Source: a virus. Taken from it: 32,000 nt of DNA. The stretch spans positions 90,001 to 122,000 of the IMG/VR virus record IMGVR_UViG_3300015608_001846. One strand, written 5' to 3'. Shown one piece after another: positions 1 to 6,637 of the stretch. Positions within the stretch are counted from its first letter, which is position 1; every line of letters starts with the position of its first letter. A model generated the notes under the pieces. The model saw nothing but the letters and a program-made list of their open reading frames with translations, ran no database searches and was not told the DNA's origin. A program made the position numbers and the translations under genes.

Positions 1-1354
1 GCTCCCAAGCTGGGAAACAGCCACGCGTCAAGGCCATGGCGACGCTGCTAGCGTGCGCCTCGGTCGCCAGACACTTGTAGATCTCTTCTGTCGTTACGAT
101 CGATTCATCAGAACCGTAACGTAGGCCCAACGCAGCCAGGGCATCGCCCAAGGCAGTGATGCCCGTACCGGTGCGCCGGCCAGTTCTACACGCAGTTTCG
201 ATCTTTCTCCATAGCGTCAATTCGCGTTGGCGTTCACTGATTGGTTCCGGATCGTCGTTCTCGATCTTTTTGATGATTCGATCGATCGCTTCTAGCTCGA
301 GGTCGACCAGGTCGTCCATCAGGCGCTGAGCCTTACGAACATGAACTCGAAACAACTCGAAGTCAAATGAGGCTGTGGGCAGGAATGCATCCCTCACGTA
401 GGAAAAAACGTTGATCAGCAACAGGCGACACGAGTCGTTTGCGCTAAGAGGCAACTCTGAACAAGGGTTGGTGCAGACCGTCTTGAAGCCCTTTTCAGAG
501 AATTCATCTGCCATCGATAGCGATAGGACGTTATCCCAAAACAGCACACCGGGTTCAGCTGACTGCCAGGCTGCGTGCATCATCTGTTGCCACAGTTGAC
601 GTGCCTTGATCGTCTTTGTGACGACTGCGTCGGTCGGTGTCGATTCACAAGGCCAACGCAAAACAAAGTCAGCATCGTTCTCAACCGCCTGCATGAACTC
701 ATCAGTGACACGTACTGATACGTTGGCACCAGTCACCCGCTTGAGATCGAGCTTGGCATTGATAAACGTCTCGACGTCAGGATGTCTGACGTCGATCGTT
801 TCCATCAATGCACCCCGGCGGCCGCCTTGAGCGACCTCACGTGTGGTGTTGGAGTAGCGATCCATGAAAATGAGGACGCCGTCTGACGTCGCTGCTGCAT
901 TCTTGACTGGAATCCCCGCTGGCCGGATGTTGCTGAGGTCGATCCCAACCCCGCCGCGGCGCTTTTGGATCTGCAGGATCTCTTCGTCTGCACGAGCAAT
1001 CGATCCGTACGAATCGAGCGGTGGTTCAATGACAAAACAGTTCGACAGCGATTGAACCTTGGTGTGGTTACCGATCGCAGACATCGGAGAACCCTGTGGG
1101 ACTAGGTAGCGAAAACGATCGAGCAACGCAAAGATCTCGTCCTCTGTCATGCACTCAGCGTCTGGGTACCGAGCCTCGATGCGAGCAAATTCACGTGCCA
1201 AGCGTCGATGCATCTCGGTGGGCGTCATCTCCAGCACCCGCCCATCGGCATCTTTTAACGCATACTTGCTGACGAAGACGTCAGCTGCCAGTTCATCACC
1301 ATCAAAATAAAACGTAGAGGCACGCTTGGCCTCCACGTAGGTTTGATCCTTCAT
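1..1354 (-). CDS. Ribonucleotide reductase catalytic (alpha) subunit, N-terminal ~451 aa; the gene runs off the left edge
   Basis: My own minus-strand translation from ATG 1354-1352 (GGAGAAA 9 nt upstream) stays open to nt 1. It reads MKDQTYVEAKRASTFYFDGDELAADVFVSKYALKDADGRVLEMTPTEMHRRLAREFA... RNR hallmarks are KRRGGVGIDLSNIRPAG, AQGGRRGALM and the active-site loop TVCTNPCSELPL. There is no ATP-cone. Class I versus class II (NrdJ) cannot be decided from this fragment. The ORF is missing from the ORF track because it has no stop inside the window. Confidence 0.85.
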   Translation of the reverse strand, partial: MKDQTYVEAKRASTFYFDGDELAADVFVSKYALKDADGRVLEMTPTEMHRRLAREFARIEARYPDAECMTEDEIFALLDRFRYLVPQGSPMSAIGNHTKVQSLSNCFVIEPPLDSYGSIARADEEILQIQKRRGGVGIDLSNIRPAGIPVKNAAATSDGVLIFMDRYSNTTREVAQGGRRGALMETIDVRHPDVETFINAKLDLKRVTGANVSVRVTDEFMQAVENDADFVLRWPCESTPTDAVVTKTIKARQLWQQMMHAAWQSAEPGVLFWDNVLSLSMADEFSEKGFKTVCTNPCSELPLSANDSCRLLLINVFSYVRDAFLPTASFDFELFRVHVRKAQRLMDDLVDLELEAIDRIIKKIENDDPEPISERQRELTLWRKIETACRTGRRTGTGITALGDALAALGLRYGSDESIVTTEEIYKCLATEAHASSVAMALTRGCFPAWE

Positions 1355-1429
1355 CCTAGCGGTTTCTCCATTCACGATGACCTCTGGGTGTGCGGTGTTG
1401 GGACCCGACGCAGTCCAGACGTCTGATAC

Positions 1430-2713
1430 CTATTCCTTCGAGTCCTGCATGCCCTCTTCGACAGCTGACGCAGATGAAACCGGTTGCTGTGAAAATGCAG
1501 GGTCATTTTTCAGTTCGTTCCACTTATTGAGCAAGGCACGTTTATACGCACGCTCATCAGTTGCAGTGGCTTCTTGCAACGATCCTTCTTTGCCTGTGAT
1601 GGTGAACTGCGAACGAGCAGTATCGATCTTGACTGGGTACACGATGCCGTCTCTACCTGCGCGGTTTTTGGCTATGTACAGCCTTCCCCACCCTGTCGAT
1701 TTTTCATGGGCCTTTCGAGAGACGCTCAGGACCACATCTGCGACCATTGCCTTGCCGTAGGCTTCACTCATGTTACCTAGGTCGACGATGTCAGAGTTCG
1801 AACCCTCCTTGTTCGACTGTGACGCAGTCCAGATCGGTAATTGCTTTTCACCCGCAAAGCCTCGCAGCTCTTCATAGATCAGCTTGAGCTCGTGGCGGAG
1901 TGAATCATACTGGCGGGTCGACCTCATGATGTCCGCGTAATCGATGATGATCAGTCCGGGTCGAAACCCCTTCAGCTCCAGGCGCTCGATGTGACTACGA
2001 ATCGTGTAGATCGTTGCCGTGTTTGTCGGAAAGTACTTGATCTTGAGGTGACCCAGCTTCATCGCTGCATACTTTTCCTTGATGTCTTTTTCTTTGTCAA
2101 TGACGTCATTCGAGTCAATCTCACACAGGTTTGAATCGTAACGGATTCCAACCTGGGTCTCTGACAGCTCAAACGTATAGTGCAACACGTCGATGTTGTT
2201 TCTTAACGCATTGGCACCCAACATCGTCAAGAAGTGACTGTTGTGTGACAACACGTTATCTGCGAAATATGAGTGTGCAATCGACACCTGCATGTCACAA
2301 AGACGCTCAACCTCGTCGATCAATTGTACCTCTTCAACCCTACGAATACCATCACGTGTAATGATCAGATCACCACGTGTAAGATCGCCCGTCTTTGTCC
2401 AAACAGACGAACTGCCGACCTTGCACAATACAATATGCTCAGGAGAGCATTGAAGGTATGGAATGCAGTCCTCGAGGACACCGATGCGTGTTGTTCGATG
2501 GAATACTCTCAACTGTCGTTCGGGCTTCGTCCAACGAAAACCTTCAATGGGATAGAATCCATCTAACGACAAAACCTCAACGCTCCATGTATTCGGGATG
2601 AAGCTGTCTCCTGATTCATCGGTCTGGTGCGCTTGCTGCGGGAAGTCGATCGCATCAAACAAATCGCCCAACCTGATCGTTTCCTGTACTTCACTGAATT
2701 CGATCGAAAGCAT
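1430..2713 (-). CDS. Replicative DNA helicase (T4 gp41/DnaB-like), C-terminal fragment: HINT/intein domain (2713-2240) followed by the C-extein (2239-1433)
   Basis: This is track ORF 1430..2749. The best start is ATG 2713, with AGGA 6 nt upstream. The first 158 aa look like a mini-intein: MLSIEFSEV..., block B CSPEH, block F CDMQVSIAHSYFA, block G VLSHN. Next comes the +1 Ser and the helicase core HFLTMLGANALRNNIDVLHYTFELSETQVG, Walker B LIIIDYADIM, SQSNKEG and KNRAGRDG. By eye this aligns to T4 gp41 immediately after its GKS P-loop. Confidence 0.85.
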   Translation of the reverse strand: MLSIEFSEVQETIRLGDLFDAIDFPQQAHQTDESGDSFIPNTWSVEVLSLDGFYPIEGFRWTKPERQLRVFHRTTRIGVLEDCIPYLQCSPEHIVLCKVGSSSVWTKTGDLTRGDLIITRDGIRRVEEVQLIDEVERLCDMQVSIAHSYFADNVLSHNSHFLTMLGANALRNNIDVLHYTFELSETQVGIRYDSNLCEIDSNDVIDKEKDIKEKYAAMKLGHLKIKYFPTNTATIYTIRSHIERLELKGFRPGLIIIDYADIMRSTRQYDSLRHELKLIYEELRGFAGEKQLPIWTASQSNKEGSNSDIVDLGNMSEAYGKAMVADVVLSVSRKAHEKSTGWGRLYIAKNRAGRDGIVYPVKIDTARSQFTITGKEGSLQEATATDERAYKRALLNKWNELKNDPAFSQQPVSSASAVEEGMQDSKE

Positions 2714-3732
2714 TCTTGATCCTCGATTTCTGCGAATCTTTGCCTGCACGCCACTCGCATTCCCATACCACCACGACGCAGTAACCCTCGTTCAACAGAA
2801 ACTTTAATTTCCGCGAGTTGCGATCTAAGATCTTTGAGACGTTACACCCATAGAGAGGATGCACATCTTCAGGATGCCAGTCCATGCAGTCGTGCGCGTG
2901 CCACATGCACCCGAAATGCTCGACTATAGTCTTTGTAACATCATCGAGCACATCAACATTCCAACGCTTCAATCCTACGTTGAACCTTGCATGCTTAGCA
3001 AACGACGCAACGAACTCTGCTATTTCCTTCTCGGGGATTGATCGCTGCGTTGGATGACGCAAGTGATGAGCGTTTGCGATCTTCTCAAGCGCTTTATCAG
3101 TGTGGTGTTTGCCGAACATCGGATGTTTTTTGCCCGTGCGACCGTAACAAGGCGTTAACATCGTAGCCTCTTCTATGGTCACTCCGGCACGCCGAGCGAT
3201 CGATACCAACGACATCGGATTACGATCGCTTGTGTTATTTGCGCTCCGGAGCGCACGAGTGGCATCGTTGTTGCCTTTTAATGACTGTTCTCGTTGAAAT
3301 TCTGCAATCTTTTTAATGGCCTCTTGTACGTTGTAACCTTTTCTTGTCCAATGCTTGATCTCTGAGGGGAAAGAACGCTTCTCAATGAATGCAGCGTGAT
3401 TGTTAGGATCGTTGAACCACAAGCGTGTTCGCTGTGCAGACTCAAGACGTTGTTTTTCTGACATTTGCTGCACTGCATGCCCTGGGAACATCTCTCGGTA
3501 ATCACGCATCACCATCGCATGCGTACGAGTAATGTGAGAGATCAAAGATCCCATCGATTCACGTTTGCATAGTTGGCATTGAAGTGGTTTCAACGAGTTC
3601 GTCTGTTTCGACGATGTCTCGAGCGTAGATGATGCCTCGTTTGGTGTTGATGCGTTCCCAGGGTTTGTAGCGTCGACCGTTAATGGTGATACACGTGTAT
3701 TTGACATGCACATAAGTATCACGATGTGAACA
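2240..3732 (-). mobile_element. Intervening element in the helicase Walker-A codons: intein coding sequence interrupted by a free-standing homing endonuclease gene ('fractured gene' arrangement)
   Basis: The N-extein ends GVGK (Lys codon 3735-3733). It is followed by Cys 3732-3730. The intein ends HN (Asn 2242-2240) and the C-extein begins with Ser 2239-2237. The three ORFs in this span use three different reading frames. Confidence 0.8.
2691..3722 (-). CDS. Free-standing homing endonuclease: C2H2 zinc finger + NUMOD3-like motif + Vsr-like (very-short-patch-repair type) nuclease domain
   Basis: Motifs are CQLCKRESMGSLISHITRTH (C2H2-like) and GKKHPMFGKHHTDKALEKI (NUMOD3-like). The C-terminal WNVDVLDD...IVEHFGCMWHAHDC...YCVVVVWECEW resembles the Vsr GCFWHGH and WE motifs. 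The true start is probably downstream of the track start, for example TTG 3593, five codons before the zinc finger. The reason is that 3594-3722 shows the genome-typical C-ending codons (atc, acc, aac, tac, gac, gtc) only in the helicase frame. Confidence 0.75.
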   Translation of the reverse strand: MILMCMSNTRVSPLTVDATNPGNASTPNEASSTLETSSKQTNSLKPLQCQLCKRESMGSLISHITRTHAMVMRDYREMFPGHAVQQMSEKQRLESAQRTRLWFNDPNNHAAFIEKRSFPSEIKHWTRKGYNVQEAIKKIAEFQREQSLKGNNDATRALRSANNTSDRNPMSLVSIARRAGVTIEEATMLTPCYGRTGKKHPMFGKHHTDKALEKIANAHHLRHPTQRSIPEKEIAEFVASFAKHARFNVGLKRWNVDVLDDVTKTIVEHFGCMWHAHDCMDWHPEDVHPLYGCNVSKILDRNSRKLKFLLNEGYCVVVVWECEWRAGKDSQKSRIKNAFDRIQ

Positions 3733-4365
3733 TTTCCCTACGCCGGTCGGTGCCACGATGCACCCGATCTCACCCGCTCCGAGCCCACCGTTCAAGATCT
3801 CTTTCTTGTCGAGCTCGGGTATGCCGGTCGATATCGCGTTGCGGGTTTGTCTCATGAACCTCGAATCGATGTCGTTGATGAAATCGTGGCCTAGAGAAGG
3901 GGTCGTCCCGACGCAGACAGCCTTCTTGATACCCTCAACGATCTCTTCATAACGTTCAGCTTGGATCTGATCGACGGCCGTCTCGAGCGCTTGCTTCAGT
4001 GCCTGCTTACGACAGAAATCGAGTGACTTCTCCTTGACGTAAGGAAGGTCGCCCGGGTCTGGGTTGGTTCGAACTCGCGTCAAGTAGTCCACAACTTGTT
4101 CACGAAGGATGACATCGGTGCCGACCTTCAGTTCGTCACGGACAATCGTGACGAGCATCTGCAACGACGGAAAGACCTTGTACGATCGCGAGTAGTTGAA
4201 GTAACGATCAGCGAGGAACACCAGGTACTTGAGGTCAAGGTACTCAACCTTGAAGACCTCCATCATCTGCTCGGCCCACACACGATCCATCAACAAGGCC
4301 TGGACAACCTTTTCCTGAAAGGCCTTTCCGTAGGAGTTAAACGACGCTTGCGTATTTTCGTTCAT
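3559..4365 (-). CDS. Replicative DNA helicase (T4 gp41/DnaB-like), N-terminal fragment (211 aa) ending inside Walker A, plus a 57-aa Cys-initiated tail
   Basis: The extein ends ...ELDKKEILNGGLGAGEIGCIVAPTGVGK. The tail is CSHRDTYVHVKYTCITINGRRYKPWERINTKRGIIYARDIVETDELVETTSMPTMQT, followed by a stop. The start of the tail, C-x3-D-T-x-V, resembles intein block A. The start ATG 4365 overlaps the FEN stop as ATGA. Confidence 0.85.
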   Translation of the reverse strand: MNENTQASFNSYGKAFQEKVVQALLMDRVWAEQMMEVFKVEYLDLKYLVFLADRYFNYSRSYKVFPSLQMLVTIVRDELKVGTDVILREQVVDYLTRVRTNPDPGDLPYVKEKSLDFCRKQALKQALETAVDQIQAERYEEIVEGIKKAVCVGTTPSLGHDFINDIDSRFMRQTRNAISTGIPELDKKEILNGGLGAGEIGCIVAPTGVGKCSHRDTYVHVKYTCITINGRRYKPWERINTKRGIIYARDIVETDELVETTSMPTMQT

Positions 4366-5339
4366 TTTCCTTCGACTCGCTTTTGTAGGCCATCGATGCA
4401 GTTGAACACGTAGAAAAAGCCCTCAATGTCAAAATCTCCGATACCTTCGGCCACTAACAGACGAACGAGCTTCACCCTATCAACCGTTGGTACAAAGGTT
4501 TTGATGACATGATCAACCGATGACATTTGTGTGGCTGATAACATGCTACCGTCGAGGTAAACCAGGCGCCAGTTACGTCTAACATCGGCCTCGTTTTCAA
4601 CGATCCTCTTAAAGACAGCTGACTCGTCTTCGTGAGAGGCTGCATAATCGAGCACGTCTTGCAAGATGATGTTGTTTTCGGTGCCCAAGAACGGAAACAA
4701 ACGAGCGATGGTCTTGAATCCTACTCCTTTGATCCCAGGAACGTTGTCACCGCGATCGCCACACAGCGTCTTGGCTAGCGCAAAGTTTTGTGCACGGACT
4801 CGAAAATCTTCAAGAACATTTTCTTCAAGGATGTACGTCTTCTTGTGAAGACTGTAGAGGCGCGTCTTGGGTCCCAACAACTGGTAGAGATCCTTATCAG
4901 ATGACACAATGATCTTATCTTCATCTTTTAGCGGCCCAGTGCACAGGTAAGCGACCAGGTCATCGCCTTCACAATCCGCCACATAGAGTTGACACACCGG
5001 GATGCACTTCAACATGCCCAACAGGGTCACCAACTGGTGCTTTCGATTTTCTTCTGTGTCTGGGATGTCATCTTCGTAGAAACGATTCAGTTTTTCAGGA
5101 CGGCGGCCCATCTTGTAGTCAGCATAGATCTTGCGGCGGCGAGATGAACCGCCTCCCTCCCAAGCAACGTAGATCGCCTTGGGTTGGATCTCATTGACCA
5201 ATTTGCGCAACGACTTCAAGAAACCGATGCAGCCACCCATCTGATAGCCGTGAGCTGACATCGTTGGGAATGCGGCCCACGACCTGATAAAAGCGTTCAT
5301 CCCATCAACAATGAGAACTGGCCGATCACTCGAATCCAT
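4362..5339 (-). CDS. 5'-3' exonuclease / flap endonuclease (T4 RNase H / T5 D15 / Pol I N-terminal domain family)
   Basis: Motifs are LIVDGMNAFIRSW, WEGGGSSRRRKIYADYK, ADCEGDDLVAY, VSSDKDLYQLL and GDRGDNVPGIKGVGFKTIA (helix-3-turn-helix). ATG 5339 (MDSSDRPVLIVDG) is preferred over the longer GTG 5363 start in the track. Confidence 0.85.
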   Translation of the reverse strand: MDSSDRPVLIVDGMNAFIRSWAAFPTMSAHGYQMGGCIGFLKSLRKLVNEIQPKAIYVAWEGGGSSRRRKIYADYKMGRRPEKLNRFYEDDIPDTEENRKHQLVTLLGMLKCIPVCQLYVADCEGDDLVAYLCTGPLKDEDKIIVSSDKDLYQLLGPKTRLYSLHKKTYILEENVLEDFRVRAQNFALAKTLCGDRGDNVPGIKGVGFKTIARLFPFLGTENNIILQDVLDYAASHEDESAVFKRIVENEADVRRNWRLVYLDGSMLSATQMSSVDHVIKTFVPTVDRVKLVRLLVAEGIGDFDIEGFFYVFNCIDGLQKRVEGK

Positions 5340-5411
5340 GGCAACGACAATAACCCAACACACAACTTAGTTCAGGTCGACCAAACCCGTTACGGGAGCT
5401 TAATTAGCTAC

Positions 5412-6194
5412 ATGAACGAATCCTTGTTGAGAAGATACATTGCAGCGCTGGTTCTAGAACGGATCCGCTCGAACAAGGGAAAGTTTGGACAGGACACCAA
5501 GTTCAACCTGAAAACCTTCAAATCGTTAGAGAGGGTCGAAGCGATGCGTGATTATGCTGACACCTTTTTGAAACAATTGGGAAAAGGTTCATCACGAGTC
5601 GCATACCTGTTGAGTTCGAAGTACGTGTTAAAGATCGCCCTTAACGAAGCGGGCATCGCTCAAAACAAGGCCGAAGTCGATGTCTACACCAGTCCGAAGA
5701 CAAGGCCATTCGTGGCTACAGTCCACGCTTCACACGATCGCTATGCTTGGGTCGTCGAGGACCTGGTCAAGGAACTAACCAGTGAAAAAGAGTTTGAATC
5801 ACTGACGGGAATCAGCTGGCGTCAGTTTCACTCAGCGATCAACCTCCCATGGGACACGTTTACGTCAGACCCTCAGGGCAAGAAAGACGACAAGATAGCA
5901 GCGACACACCAACACATCAAGAATGGCAAAGGTAAGCAGTTTTTGCATGCTGTGGCACAAACAGCATCTGCGCTGCACTTGGGCATCGGCGACATTCAAC
6001 GACTCGAGCACTGGGGTAAGACGCCCGATGGACGGGCGGTGCTGCTTGATTTTGGTTACACGGCCGAGGTTTGGCAAAAGCACTACTCGACAGGCTCCCA
6101 AAAGAAGACCAGCACCTCCCATTCCGATCACGATAAACCAACTGTTCGTCCTGGACAGGACGACTCAACAGCTCCCGCTAAACCACAACGCTAG
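5412..6194 (+). CDS. Protein-kinase-like fold protein (putative), opposite strand to all neighbours
   Basis: Kinase-like elements are LGKGSSRVAY (Gly-rich loop), YVLKIA (VAIK-like Lys), NKAEVDVY (alphaC Glu) and IGDIQRLEHWG...AVLLDFGY (catalytic-loop-like Asp plus DFG). The C-terminus is disordered and Ser/Thr/Pro-rich. The N-terminus MNESLLRRYIAALVLERI carries the motif shared with five other ORFs. The assignment was made by eye only. Confidence 0.5.
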   Translation: MNESLLRRYIAALVLERIRSNKGKFGQDTKFNLKTFKSLERVEAMRDYADTFLKQLGKGSSRVAYLLSSKYVLKIALNEAGIAQNKAEVDVYTSPKTRPFVATVHASHDRYAWVVEDLVKELTSEKEFESLTGISWRQFHSAINLPWDTFTSDPQGKKDDKIAATHQHIKNGKGKQFLHAVAQTASALHLGIGDIQRLEHWGKTPDGRAVLLDFGYTAEVWQKHYSTGSQKKTSTSHSDHDKPTVRPGQDDSTAPAKPQR

Positions 6195-6637
6195 CGACCG
6201 GTTGAGCTGTAACCCCCAGAGCCACGACACGTTGATGGGATGATATCGACGTCTTCGAATCTAACACGCACAGCTGGTGCGAACACCAGCTGTGCGATCC
6301 GATCGCCAATGTTGACTTCAAAATCGACGGTCGACGTGTTGTGCAAGGCTATGCCAAGTTCACCGCGGTAATCAGAATCGATGGTACCAGGCGAATTGAT
6401 GACAGTGATCCCATGCTTCACTGCTAGACCTGATCGTGGGCGGACCTGACACTCGAACCCATCAGGGATCACCATGACCAACCCTGTTCGGAACAGCTTG
6501 ATGCCGCGCGCAGGGACGATGCCAGCTTCGTTTGCGTAAACGTCACAGGCCGCGGCGCCTGCTGTCGCATAGACAGGAACAGCGCCACCAGCCAACCTGT
6601 GAACACCTATGACGACGTCAGTTGTCGGCAAGCTCAT
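6191..6637 (-). CDS. dut: dUTP pyrophosphatase (trimeric dUTPase)
   Basis: Motifs are ATAGAAACDVYA, VRPRSGLAVKHG, GTIDSDYRGELGIAL, GDRIAQLVF and RGSGGYSSTG. I prefer the internal start MSLPTTDVV (ATG 6637) to the 6703 start in the track. The stop overlaps the convergent kinase-like gene stop as CTAG. Confidence 0.9.
   Translation of the reverse strand: MSLPTTDVVIGVHRLAGGAVPVYATAGAAACDVYANEAGIVPARGIKLFRTGLVMVIPDGFECQVRPRSGLAVKHGITVINSPGTIDSDYRGELGIALHNTSTVDFEVNIGDRIAQLVFAPAVRVRFEDVDIIPSTCRGSGGYSSTGR

Noticed and set aside
805-1055. ORFs 805..1035 (-), 864..1055 (+), 411..599 (+) and 606..830 (+) lie inside the first 1.3 kb.
   Set aside because: All overlap the continuous RNR reading frame, which I verified codon by codon from 1354 down to about 780 and again at the NPCSE site. 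They have no motifs.
3594-3722. The first 43 codons of the track ORF 2691..3722 (VILMCMSNTRVSPLTVDATNPGNASTPNEASSTLETSSKQTNS) might be the N-terminus of the endonuclease.
   Set aside because: The peptide is low-complexity with A-ending codons that are atypical for this genome. The overlapping helicase-frame codons look native. The paralogous HEGs start within about 8-15 residues of their zinc finger.
2711-3729. The helicase interruption might be a group I intron carrying the endonuclease ORF. Removing 3729..2711 would join GVGK-C directly to LSIEF..., giving a contiguous intein.
   Set aside because: The endonuclease ORF fills almost the whole interval and overlaps the downstream ATG, leaving no room for a 3' intron core. 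The downstream piece has its own AGGA-N6-ATG. The 57-aa tail after Cys shows coding-type codon usage. I cannot fold RNA here, so a covariance-model search (Intron_gpI) would be the formal test.
6191-6194. The convergent kinase-like and dut genes have overlapping stop codons (CTAG).
   Set aside because: This is a real feature of the sequence, but it is probably just compaction. There is no hairpin or terminator between the genes, and nothing further can be inferred.
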